From contig PDIP01000039.1 of the NCBI GenBank assembly GCA_002811645.1, positions 47,061-111,060 on the forward strand: 64,000 bases of DNA. Direction: 5' to 3'. The stretch is from Corallochytrium limacisporum Hawaii. Lineage: Eukaryota; Protista; Pluriformea. Positions 22,902-32,649 of the stretch are shown here, in pieces (position 1 is the first letter of the stretch; each line of letters opens with the position of its first letter). The notes below the pieces were generated by a model. The model made no database searches, had not been told where the DNA came from, and saw only the letters and a list, made by a program, of their open reading frames with translations. Both the position numbers and the translations under genes were made by a program.

Positions 22902-24626
22902 TTAGAACTGCTTGACCTTTTCCTGGTATTGCGGATCATCCAGCTGCGGGTGATCATAGAAGGGTACCTTCCACCACAAGAGCCATGCGTTCCAGTAGAT
23001 ACCCCAGACCACCTTTAGAGTCATCAGAGGGTACCGCACCAGGACCCAGAGAAGGTTGGACTGAGTCACAGGCATTTCTTTAAGTGTCATGTATGCATGG
23101 AAGTCCATCTTACTAAGGGACTCTACTTTGGGGGACTCCCCGTCAGCGGTCATCTCTTCCTTCGGAATAGCATGCATTTTCCAGCTCACGTAAGCCTTTT
23201 CCTTAGGCTCAGTGTAGCCGATAGTGTACACATAGTTCATGGACATGAACGGGCTGACATGCATCTTCTTTTTCTGCATGTCGACAAAGGGACCGTCAGG
23301 GGCGTTCTGGGCCACCACAGGATGTACATACCAGCACTTCTCTCCCCACGGTGTGTTGGTGATCTCGCTGACCATAGCGACAAACTTATCTTGCTCATCA
23401 TAGCAATAATAGTAAGATACCGGATTAAAGTGCAACCCGAAATAAGACCAGTGGGTCAGCAGAAACACCCTACCTTGCCCCAGATCAATACCTGTCTCCT
23501 TCAGTACACGTTCCTTGACCTTCGCAGGCTCTAGGTACCAACTCTTCTTGAAATTGGCAACTGCAAACTTACTACCAAAGTTATCGTTTGATGAATAGAG
23601 CCAGTAGTCGTCAAACATGAAGTCAATTTCATCGTTTAGCTCTATGTACATCATGTACATGTCATACTTGAAAGCCCACTTCGTGGGGCTAACACGGTTA
23701 TGGTAGACCTGACCATAGTAGATTTTGTTCTGCGGGTACTTCAGAAGGCGCTTTTCGAGAACCTTCCAGTTTGGCTCCTTCAGGTCCCAGATAATACCGA
23801 AAGCTTCCATTATCTGCAGAGCATTGTACGTCATGTCAATCTCATACCAGCGTAAGCCGGCACGGCTCATGGCGGCATACGCATGGTGATTGTTATGCCA
23901 ACCCTCTCCCAGTGTCACCAACGCCAGCCAGAAGTTGTTGCGCGTGTTATCGTCCGTGCGATAGCGTTTCTCTCCCCAGACATGTGCAAGCGAGTTAATG
24001 GTATACGTAAAGTGCCACAGCAGAATCTGGGCCACAAATACTCCCCAGATGAACACAGAAGGGCCGCCAAAGTAACCCATTGCCGCAGCAAAGAATAGAA
24101 AGGGCACGTAGTGGTATCGCTCGACAAACCAAAGTTCAGGGTACTTTTTTATGTCACGAATGTAGGTCTCTGGGGTGTGAGAGTACTCATCACTGAGCAG
24201 AAACCAACCAAAGTGGCTCCACAAGAGACCATGTCGCACTGGAGAATGGGCATCTTCTTCCTCCTCAGAGTGGCGATGATGGTGACGGTGCCATGCAGCC
24301 CACCAAAGGGGACCCTTCTGCAGGCACATGCACCCGAGTATGCTAAAGACAAACTGTGCTGGCCGGCTGGTACGGAAGCTGCGATGGCTAAAGTACCGAT
24401 GGTACAAGCCAGTAATGAAGAACATGCGTATCTCCACACTCAGCAGGCAGACTACGAGCATCTTCCAGCTGAAAGGGACAAAGAATGGTGTGACAATACC
24501 AAGAAGATGGAGGCCAAAGAAAGTGGCCGTAGCCATATCTAAGCTCACTGTTATCTCTTTCTGCTTGTGGACCACATCCCTGGGGACTCCCATTGTCTTC
24601 TTCGTGACCATGGCTTCAGCAACCAT
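22902..24626 (-). CDS. Fusion: bacterial-type membrane (delta-9-like) fatty-acid desaturase + DUF1365 (UfaO-like) domain
   Basis: His boxes HRYFSH, HRHHH, HNNHH (~23780-24530); DUF1365 motifs YYGQVYHNR, FGLHFNPVSYYYCYD, EITNTPWGE, KMHVSPF, IYWNAWLLWWK..PFYDHP (~22940-23725); single open frame; first ATG at 24626. Confidence 0.9.
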   Translation of the reverse strand: MVAEAMVTKKTMGVPRDVVHKQKEITVSLDMATATFFGLHLLGIVTPFFVPFSWKMLVVCLLSVEIRMFFITGLYHRYFSHRSFRTSRPAQFVFSILGCMCLQKGPLWWAAWHRHHHRHSEEEEDAHSPVRHGLLWSHFGWFLLSDEYSHTPETYIRDIKKYPELWFVERYHYVPFLFFAAAMGYFGGPSVFIWGVFVAQILLWHFTYTINSLAHVWGEKRYRTDDNTRNNFWLALVTLGEGWHNNHHAYAAMSRAGLRWYEIDMTYNALQIMEAFGIIWDLKEPNWKVLEKRLLKYPQNKIYYGQVYHNRVSPTKWAFKYDMYMMYIELNDEIDFMFDDYWLYSSNDNFGSKFAVANFKKSWYLEPAKVKERVLKETGIDLGQGRVFLLTHWSYFGLHFNPVSYYYCYDEQDKFVAMVSEITNTPWGEKCWYVHPVVAQNAPDGPFVDMQKKKMHVSPFMSMNYVYTIGYTEPKEKAYVSWKMHAIPKEEMTADGESPKVESLSKMDFHAYMTLKEMPVTQSNLLWVLVRYPLMTLKVVWGIYWNAWLLWWKVPFYDHPQLDDPQYQEKVKQF

Positions 24627-25606
24627 ACCGACTTCCTGTATCCAGATGTCCCTGTCTGTTTGTATCTCTGAGATAGTTGTATGTCTGTACCGTCCCAACA
24701 GGAACCAGCTGCAGGGATGGCTAGTTCATGGCGCTAATCGAACAAATAAAATTGACTCCATAGAAGTTTTTCGTTTCGGACTCACCCAATGAGAAACACC
24801 GAAGATCGGATGTCATAGAGACCCCTCAGAGGCCCAAATACCCATTGCCGAGATCAGTTCTGACCAGTTCGCTTACATATCACCAGATAACCCAAGACAT
24901 TCCCCTCTGGTGTCATCAGTTGATGAGCAAGACAACTCAAAGCATTCGATGACATGGGCCCAAACTTGTGATCCTTCGGATATCGTATCAAGAGAGATCA
25001 GTGGTGTCTGCAACCAGAGAAACTTCACAACAGCGCTATTAGAGCATCCAGTTTCCGTTTGAATTCGTCAGTGGCGAGAATCGCGGGACGGGGCCAGAAG
25101 GGTGGGGGAAGGACACTTCGATTGCTCACCAAACTTCCTCTCCCCCATCGCCCTTCCGCTCAGGGCGGGTTGGGGGACTTCCTCTCCGGAGGAGACTCTG
25201 AATTTAAACAGTGGAAAAAGTTCCGGTCAATGATCGCGTGTGCCACGCACAGTGGTCGCATCAGGAAGCAACAACGTATTTCTGTTAAAACACCGGGCCA
25301 CAAAATATCACCGTAAGATGAGGAATACTGTTTCCTATTCGGATCGATGAACATCCAGATATGTGTCCAAGCATTGAACAGTGTGGCGGATCGCTTCCTT
25401 GCGCTTCTGTGGGTGTGGATGTCCCCTATTTTGATACCGTTTGAAGTGTATGAGAGGTGTTCCAATAAATGCGTACCATCTACCAATGGCTCCTCCATGT
25501 TTCTTCCTTCCCCCACCCCCCCTCCCTCCCCCCTTGTCTTTTTCATTCAAGCAAGTCCGAGTGAGATAGATACAGTGGGAGACAGAGAGAGAAACGAAGG
25601 TCCTTT

Positions 25607-25843
25607 NNNNNNNNNNNNNNNNNNNNNNNNNNNNNNNNNNNNNNNNNNNNNNNNNNNNNNNNNNNNNNNNNNNNNNNNNNNNNNNNNNNNNNNNNNNNNN
25701 NNNNNNNNNNNNNNNNNNNNNNNNNNNNNNNNNNNNNNNNNNNNNNNNNNNNNNNNNNNNNNNNNNNNNNNNNNNNNNNNNNNNNNNNNNNNNNNNNNNN
25801 NNNNNNNNNNNNNNNNNNNNNNNNNNNNNNNNNNNNNNNNNNN
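25607..25843. other. Assembly gap (N run)
   Basis: Run of n, with a G-tract on its right flank. Confidence 0.99.
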
Positions 25844-27936
25844 GGGGGGAGTTGAGGGGAGGGAGCGCAAGCATGGGTTGGTGGTACTGGGTCATAGCTT
25901 TCGATCTTACAAGGGTTGCGACAGATTTTTGGGGCGGGCACCTCTGGCACACTTTGACGATTGCATAGCCGCCCTGCCTCGTCACGACCTTTGCACGCAC
26001 GCACAGTTTTCGAAATGGGAACTGGAGACCGCAGCAGCAGTTCGCAGTTTGCGTCCCTCCTAGCTCACCACTGAAGTCGTCGTGTCTCCTCTCCGCATTT
26101 CACAAAAGCGTGAACTTCAGTTGGAACTGTTGAACATTCAGTAGAAACCGACCGGTACTTGACCGTCCCTGACAAATCGCGCGGTATGGGCCCACCTGGC
26201 TCCAAACAGCCCCGGGGTTTTGACTTACGAGAAGGGAGGGCGGAGCCAGTCAGCAGCTGTGACTGTTTTGCGAATCGGAGGGCTCGGAGATCCAATGGTA
26301 GGGTACCTGGCCAAGGGAGAAGAGATTGGGCGCGGAAATTTTGAAGGGCGCTCGGTATTGAAAGTTTTCGTAAGTTCGCGTTGGCCTCCTCGCCGCCTCA
26401 AACAGTTCAGCTGCACGGAGGAAAAGGGGCCAAGGGAGCAAAAAACCTTCCTTTCGTGGGCAAAATCACACCAGAGATTTTGTCGGGTTCGTTGTGTTTT
26501 CCTTTTTTTTTTTTTGGTCCTTCCCACTTTCACCTGCCTTTCCGAACTTTTGTGCGCAGAATGCTCTGTGGACCCATGTCAGCGCCTGTCAGTCCTGTCA
26601 TTTTGTTGCATTGACTACAGTTGTATGGCAGTCTGACTGAGCACGATGGCCTGGATATTTCATCGGTGACCGGTCGAGGCGAGAGGCACACAGCGCAAAA
26701 CGGCGGACCTAGAAAGAGGGTCGCGGTGGGCAATTTACCACCGGGTCAGACAGCGATGTGGCTTGTTATTGCAATCAAAAAGTACCGGGACGCAGTGCCG
26801 GGTGAAAGTGTGAAGCAAAGTTGTGTTCTTCAGATCCAAGGGCACGGTTATTTGACACCAATCCTGCTTATTGGTGTTCTTCAGCAGGAAGCATCATGTT
26901 TGAATGAAAGAACATTGTCAACGATATGATGCAAGCACGGGTGTTGATGCGCGGAGGTAGCAAAATATGGTCAGGCTGTACGGGTTAACTATTGAACAAT
27001 GTCCAAAGTCGATGGGCCGTCGGCACTGCGGACAGGTGTTTGACAGCGGAGGTCTGTGTGACACCCACTGTTTCGTCCGGTACATACTCAGTGTCCAGCG
27101 GCTATTTGTCTCCTGCGTACGAAGGTGCCCTCTGTATAGATGCTGGACCCTCCCCCTGCGGCCCCAAAGGTCATCCCACCTTGCCTGTGGCGGCAGGGGA
27201 CGGAATATTCTGCTGCCAGAGGGTGATTGTGAGACGATAGGCCAAGGAAGTAAACACAAGACAAATGGTTCAGAGGATTGCGTATCCACTGCTCGGCATC
27301 TGCCCAGGAACTCGGACATGATGGCCTATCACAACCATAAAACGGAGAATGGCGTTGGACGATGAAGCGCTGACTGCCATTGACCGGATTGCAATTGACC
27401 GATGGTGACAGGTAACCGGTGGGATCGTCAAAATGTGAGGAACTGTTACCACTTTTCTTAGTCCTGAACAGACAGGCAAAGGTGGACAATTCAGTGTATG
27501 ATGTGGCCGCCATCCTTGCCATAGATCTTCACCGAATGAAACATATACATCATCGTTCAACAGTGCCTGGACTAGTCACTAGTGTTCCCTATGAAGTTGA
27601 TGTCCACGTTGAGATTTCGAGGGGTGAGTCAATCACGAAATTTTGATTTTCGTTAATACTCTATTAAGGAGGCGTCGAAAATCAGTTGGTACAATTTGGC
27701 TTTGAAAAGCAGCTATAGTCAAGGTATTGGCATACCTTGATTTCAGTAACTGATCAGAATCAAGAATTCCGAACCCACTTGCACGAGCGCTCGCCGCATC
27801 CACTGATGAGGGTACCCGGGTCTGACCAGCAGAGGTATCTCGGACCCTGAAACCCTGTCACTCCTCACACACCTATTGCCCTTCAAAGACTGAAGTACTA
27901 ATCTTGCAAGCATGTAAGGCACAAAATAGACACAGG

Positions 27937-29052
27937 ATGTTGGCCAAGGTAGCAGGAGTGAGTGTCCTAGTGGCCGCAATGGTGACCATGATCGGCTTGC
28001 GGGCGAGCCTATTGGGTATCGGAGTGGGCTGGATCTTAGTAGCCGCTTTCAACGACGACATTAATCTGTGGCTACTAATGCTAACAGCAAAGGAAAGGAA
28101 TGAAACCGACCGGTGCGTTAAGTCATGGAAGGCTCGAACAATCACGGGATCAAGCGACCTGTATCACCCAGAGTCTAGTGCGAGGGACTTTCTGAACATG
28201 GACAACGGTCGAATCGTGCAGCATCAGTGGATGAATTTTGGTTTATGGGAGAGGAATGTCAGATCAGCAACTTTCTATGGCTCGTCAGAGGCGCTGGCGG
28301 ACAAGCTGATGGATGTGGCAGGGATGGACTCTGCGAGTCTCAGTACGGACATTCGCATCGCAGACGTGGGTTGTGGTGCAGGTGACTTTGTGTTCCATTT
28401 GCGCCGTGCTGGGTATAGAAATATCACAGGCATTGACTTCAGCCAGGCACAAATCAATCTCGCGCGGGATCGATGGCAGGCCAGGATGGGCAGCGAGGAA
28501 GTAAAGTTTCTGAGAGGCGATGCAGCACAGCTCAGCAAAGTTGTTAAGTCAGGTACCACCTTCACGCATATTTTGTGTCTGGACTCAGCGTATCACTTCC
28601 GCACACGGGCGCACTTCTTGAAGGAATCCTATGGCTTACTTGACAAACGCGGTGGCGTGCTCGGTGTTGTAGACTTCGTCATCGATTCAGAAGCTTACAA
28701 TTCATTGACAACTGTCAATCGAATTGTTTTTGGACTCTTCCTACGTTTGCTTTCCACGGTGGGGGTCATTCCGATGGAGAACCAATGCGATTTACATACC
28801 TTGCAGCAACAATGGCGCGATGCTGGTTTCAGGGACCATCTTGAGGTCGTAGACGTCACCGCTGAAGTCTTCCAGGATGGCTTCGGACTGTGGATCTGGA
28901 GCCACGCGTTTAAAGTCCGCAGTGTCGCGTTCTGTCTGTCCCTGCTGCCATATCTAGGTATCTCCTGGCTCTTGCGGACCAACTGGAGAGGTGGTCAACC
29001 TGTCATCCGATGTTATGCAATTACGGGGCGTACGTCAGAGGTGAAGCAATAG
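27937..29052 (+). CDS. Membrane-anchored class I SAM-dependent methyltransferase
   Basis: N-terminal hydrophobic segments, WMNFGLW, motif I IADVGCGAG, ITGID, LCLDSAYHF, GGVLGVVDF; first ATG at 27937. Confidence 0.85.
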   Translation: MLAKVAGVSVLVAAMVTMIGLRASLLGIGVGWILVAAFNDDINLWLLMLTAKERNETDRCVKSWKARTITGSSDLYHPESSARDFLNMDNGRIVQHQWMNFGLWERNVRSATFYGSSEALADKLMDVAGMDSASLSTDIRIADVGCGAGDFVFHLRRAGYRNITGIDFSQAQINLARDRWQARMGSEEVKFLRGDAAQLSKVVKSGTTFTHILCLDSAYHFRTRAHFLKESYGLLDKRGGVLGVVDFVIDSEAYNSLTTVNRIVFGLFLRLLSTVGVIPMENQCDLHTLQQQWRDAGFRDHLEVVDVTAEVFQDGFGLWIWSHAFKVRSVAFCLSLLPYLGISWLLRTNWRGGQPVIRCYAITGRTSEVKQ

Positions 29053-29110
29053 GAAACTTTAGAGTCCAACTGGGAGCTCTTGTAATATATTATCCAATGT
29101 AATGGGTGTG

Positions 29111-32100
29111 TCACTGTTCTGTTGCAGCTTGAGGAGACGAAACCCTAGCGGTAGAGACTTCGCCGTCATGGGGTGACTGGCCATTCTCCTGGGCCATGAC
29201 CACTTGAGGATGTTGCTCGAGGGGAGCAGTCGCTTGCTGCTGTAGCTGCTGAGAATCCTGGGTTCGCGGTCCCGCCGCGTTCATTTGCCTGGCGTTGTCA
29301 TTAATCTGCTGCATGACAGAGGTAAAGGCCGCAAAGTTCCTGCGGCCATCACGATATGATTGTGCGGTGTTCATTTTCAGTCCGAATACACCAAACAGAT
29401 GTTGGGCACTGAGGCGATCGCCATCCTCCTTGTCATCCACCACGCCGTCTGCGGCCTTACGCTTGAGCGCAGCAATTTCTTCAACCCTGGTCTCAACCGA
29501 GTCCTTGGTCACTATCTTGTACACACGCACAGGTTTGGTTTGACCAATTCGATGCACCCGGTTGATGGCTTGGTCCTCCACTGCAGGGTTCCACCACCCA
29601 TCAGTCAGAATGACATGGTTGGCAACCGTGAGATTCAGCCCATATGCAGCGGCCTTGATTTGGCAAAGCACGACTTGTTTCCGATCATTTGTTTTGAACT
29701 CACGGATCACTTCCTGCTTCTTCTGGAAGGTGAGAGTGCCGTCGTAGCGAACCCATCCAATGTCCTTTTCATCCAGCATTTGAGAGAGCAGGGTCAGCAT
29801 CCCAGAGCTGAGGGAAAAAACCAGAACTTTCGGATCGTCCTCATCACCAACCTCAAAAATGCGATGAAGAATACTGGCAACCGTTCTCAGCTTCGCGCTG
29901 TAGAAATTGTGCATCAAAGTCTGCCTGGACTCTTCGGCCATTTGTCTGTGATATTCTGCCTGTTCTGCTGCATGCTCCTTTCCAAGCTCTTCTACGGAAA
30001 CGGAGCTGGGGTCATCCGGACGCTGATGATGGCTCAAAGAACTCCTCACGTCCATCCATCCAGACGTTTCTAGTTTTCTGCTTTCTCCTTCAATCCCTTG
30101 CATGCTCCTCCTGGGGATCCGCCGCGGAGTACGTTGCGGTGTCGAAGAAACGGACAAGTGACTATGGAGAGGCATGAAATCTTCTTCGAGCATAACTTCC
30201 AATAAGCCTGCCGTCTTGGTAATAGAAGAATTACATGAAGGACACCCAGGGTAGCCCCAACTTTGTAAGCATGAGTCATGAAGGAAGTGCCCACACTCGA
30301 GTGCCGTTGCACGGATCAAGTCTGTCATGATTTCCACACAGACAGGGCATTCAGCAGAAATTTGACCTGACCTATTCATTCTTGGTTGAAGCGCAGCATA
30401 TCCTGTGGCTGAGAAGAAAGCTTTTGCTTTCTCACGAACAGAACGTTGTTTTTCTAAAACGGCCATGCTTTCTTCATCTTCATGAACTACATCCAGACTC
30501 GCAGAGGTTACATTGTCCTTCCCCGCTTGGGGATTGCCTTCATCGTCCATGTGAAGCTGCGGTCTCGAACTTCCGTCTCTTTTGAATGACGCCACCTTCT
30601 CCTTCTGTGCGCTTAAACTTGCTCTTTTGCGCTTATAGCGTGCAATAGAATCCTTACGACCCCATTCCTCTAAGGACACCTCATTTTGTCTATAATGGAC
30701 GACCCGTGCGTGGTTCACAGCTGCCCGCAATTGACTGATGCGAACGAAAATCAAATTTCGCGATTCCGTTCCCAACGTTCCATTGTATACATGCTGAGCA
30801 AATTCATATTGAGCACCCAGTTCAAGGTGCTTATAGTAATCTCTTTCCTCAGGGGTCAACTCATTATCGATCCACTCATATTGAGCATCCGTGAACATGA
30901 TGGAAGCATCACAGTTTCCATCCCGAAGAAATTCCTTTGTACGGCGCATCATGATGGCAGCAAGGGCATGCCTGAGCTTCTTCACAGTTTCCCCCTGGAA
31001 CTTCTGATTTTCGATTTTCATTTCCGTCAGCCTGCTGACTGCCATCTGCGGTGTGCACTTCATGTCCATGAATACTCTGCCGAAAACAACAGGGGAATTG
31101 AATGGTCGGTACCGCAGGAATCTGAACAGAGAATACAGATCATGAACCCCATTCTCTACGGGGGTTCCTGTCAGACACCACCTGTGCTTTCCTTGGAGAC
31201 AGTAGACAGCTGTACTACTTTGTCCCAAGGCGTCTTTGATTCTGCTAGCCTCGTCGAGGATAATTCGGTGCCAAAATACTCGAAAGATGTTACCTGCTTT
31301 CTCCACATCAAACTCGTAAAGTTTTCTTTTGTTGGTCTGTGATTCCTTCGTCTCACCTCTGATGGCCGGCATGTTCAGGCGCAGAGTCTCATAGGAAACA
31401 AGAACGAAATCCTGGGATGCCAGAAATTCCGGCGGTGCCATCGTGTGAACTCCTGAACGATATAAATACACCTTGTGAGCACCGCTCAAGCGGCTGTGAA
31501 TCTCTTCCGCCCATTGATCTATGAGGGTAGCTGGCATGACGATTAGGTTTCGGTAAGGCGCTCTAGTCAGCTTCTTTTTCACTGAAAGACTTGGCAGATT
31601 GCTAATGTCTTTGACCGGCGTGGGTGTGTTCGACTCTACACCGGACAGTCTCGTGTGCCTCGGTTGTCTAGCCCTCAAATTGTGCCATCGTTCATCCTGT
31701 CGCGTAAGATCCCGTACAGCTTTTTGTGCCTCAATTCGATTTTTCCCAATCTTGTTCGATGCTTGGTCCCGGAAGGTGGAGATTACTCTCTTGGCGACTC
31801 CGTCCTTCTCTGCACGACTCGGGGGATTGAGCAAACAAAGGGATAGCATTTGAATTGTCTTACCAAGTCCTTGTTCATCTGCTAAGATACCGCCATGTGG
31901 TTCTCTCTCTCTCTTTTCCATACTTAACATCCAGCCAACACCACTCTTTTGATGACTTAAAAGGTCAACCTTTAGCCCCCGAGGTGTCTCAATCGGGATG
32001 ACATCTTCCTTCATCATGACACCCTTAGCCAGTTCTGCTACAACGTCACCATCCACTACCTCTTGATTGCTGTCGTCTACTTGATCGCGAGGTCTTTCCT

Positions 32101-32203
32101 CAGCTTCGGTGGGAAGCCCCAGTTCACAGGAACCACTATCGTGGTGGGCGATCCCACCGGCCACCAAGGCGGGACCACCCATCACAGTCCCCGCGTTGCT
32201 CAT
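29111..32203 (-). CDS. SNF2-family ATPase with inserted RING (Rad5/Rad16/Uls1/HLTF-like)
   Basis: GGILADEQGLGKT, IILDEAS, LTGTPVEN, MMRRTK, RING CPVC...CGHFLHDSC...CPSC, GLNL, WWNPAVEDQAINRVHRIGQ. Confidence 0.9.
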   Translation of the reverse strand: MSNAGTVMGGPALVAGGIAHHDSGSCELGLPTEAEERPRDQVDDSNQEVVDGDVVAELAKGVMMKEDVIPIETPRGLKVDLLSHQKSGVGWMLSMEKREREPHGGILADEQGLGKTIQMLSLCLLNPPSRAEKDGVAKRVISTFRDQASNKIGKNRIEAQKAVRDLTRQDERWHNLRARQPRHTRLSGVESNTPTPVKDISNLPSLSVKKKLTRAPYRNLIVMPATLIDQWAEEIHSRLSGAHKVYLYRSGVHTMAPPEFLASQDFVLVSYETLRLNMPAIRGETKESQTNKRKLYEFDVEKAGNIFRVFWHRIILDEASRIKDALGQSSTAVYCLQGKHRWCLTGTPVENGVHDLYSLFRFLRYRPFNSPVVFGRVFMDMKCTPQMAVSRLTEMKIENQKFQGETVKKLRHALAAIMMRRTKEFLRDGNCDASIMFTDAQYEWIDNELTPEERDYYKHLELGAQYEFAQHVYNGTLGTESRNLIFVRISQLRAAVNHARVVHYRQNEVSLEEWGRKDSIARYKRKRASLSAQKEKVASFKRDGSSRPQLHMDDEGNPQAGKDNVTSASLDVVHEDEESMAVLEKQRSVREKAKAFFSATGYAALQPRMNRSGQISAECPVCVEIMTDLIRATALECGHFLHDSCLQSWGYPGCPSCNSSITKTAGLLEVMLEEDFMPLHSHLSVSSTPQRTPRRIPRRSMQGIEGESRKLETSGWMDVRSSLSHHQRPDDPSSVSVEELGKEHAAEQAEYHRQMAEESRQTLMHNFYSAKLRTVASILHRIFEVGDEDDPKVLVFSLSSGMLTLLSQMLDEKDIGWVRYDGTLTFQKKQEVIREFKTNDRKQVVLCQIKAAAYGLNLTVANHVILTDGWWNPAVEDQAINRVHRIGQTKPVRVYKIVTKDSVETRVEEIAALKRKAADGVVDDKEDGDRLSAQHLFGVFGLKMNTAQSYRDGRRNFAAFTSVMQQINDNARQMNAAGPRTQDSQQLQQQATAPLEQHPQVVMAQENGQSPHDGEVSTARVSSPQAATEQ

Positions 32204-32649
32204 GACTATCTATTTAGCTTTTTTCTCCATTCTTCCATACCAACTTGTTGCATGACCAACTCCTGTATACATAGTATGTAACCACGTGAACGTCGTGCCT
32301 CATAGCCCAGATTCCAAATACCTGCATCTGCGCCTTGGTCCTGACGTGGCAAATTCGACTTCGTGTTTGAGACCCTTCCCGGAGAGGGAGGGGGAGTGTA
32401 GGTAGGGAGCTACTGAAAGTTTCGCGCCGAGCACCTGAGGAGGTTCGAAAGTGAAGGGCTTCCGCTTAGGCTGGTCGGAGACATGGGCAAACAGCAGCCG
32501 GCTATTCCCCGCAATCGCCCGGGTCGCGTGTGGTCAAAGTGTCTGTACTGAGAGGCGAGAGATACAAGTTTGACAATTTCGCTTTACAGCAAGTGTTAGA
32601 ATGGTTGACTGAGATGTAAGATATATGTTATATTGATCACGAAGTCCCT

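Noticed and set aside
26918-27319. Minus-strand ORF with a RING-like tail (QW...TCPQCRRPI)
   Set aside because: The N-terminal RING ligands are missing in frame; could be a relic but cannot be supported without a search
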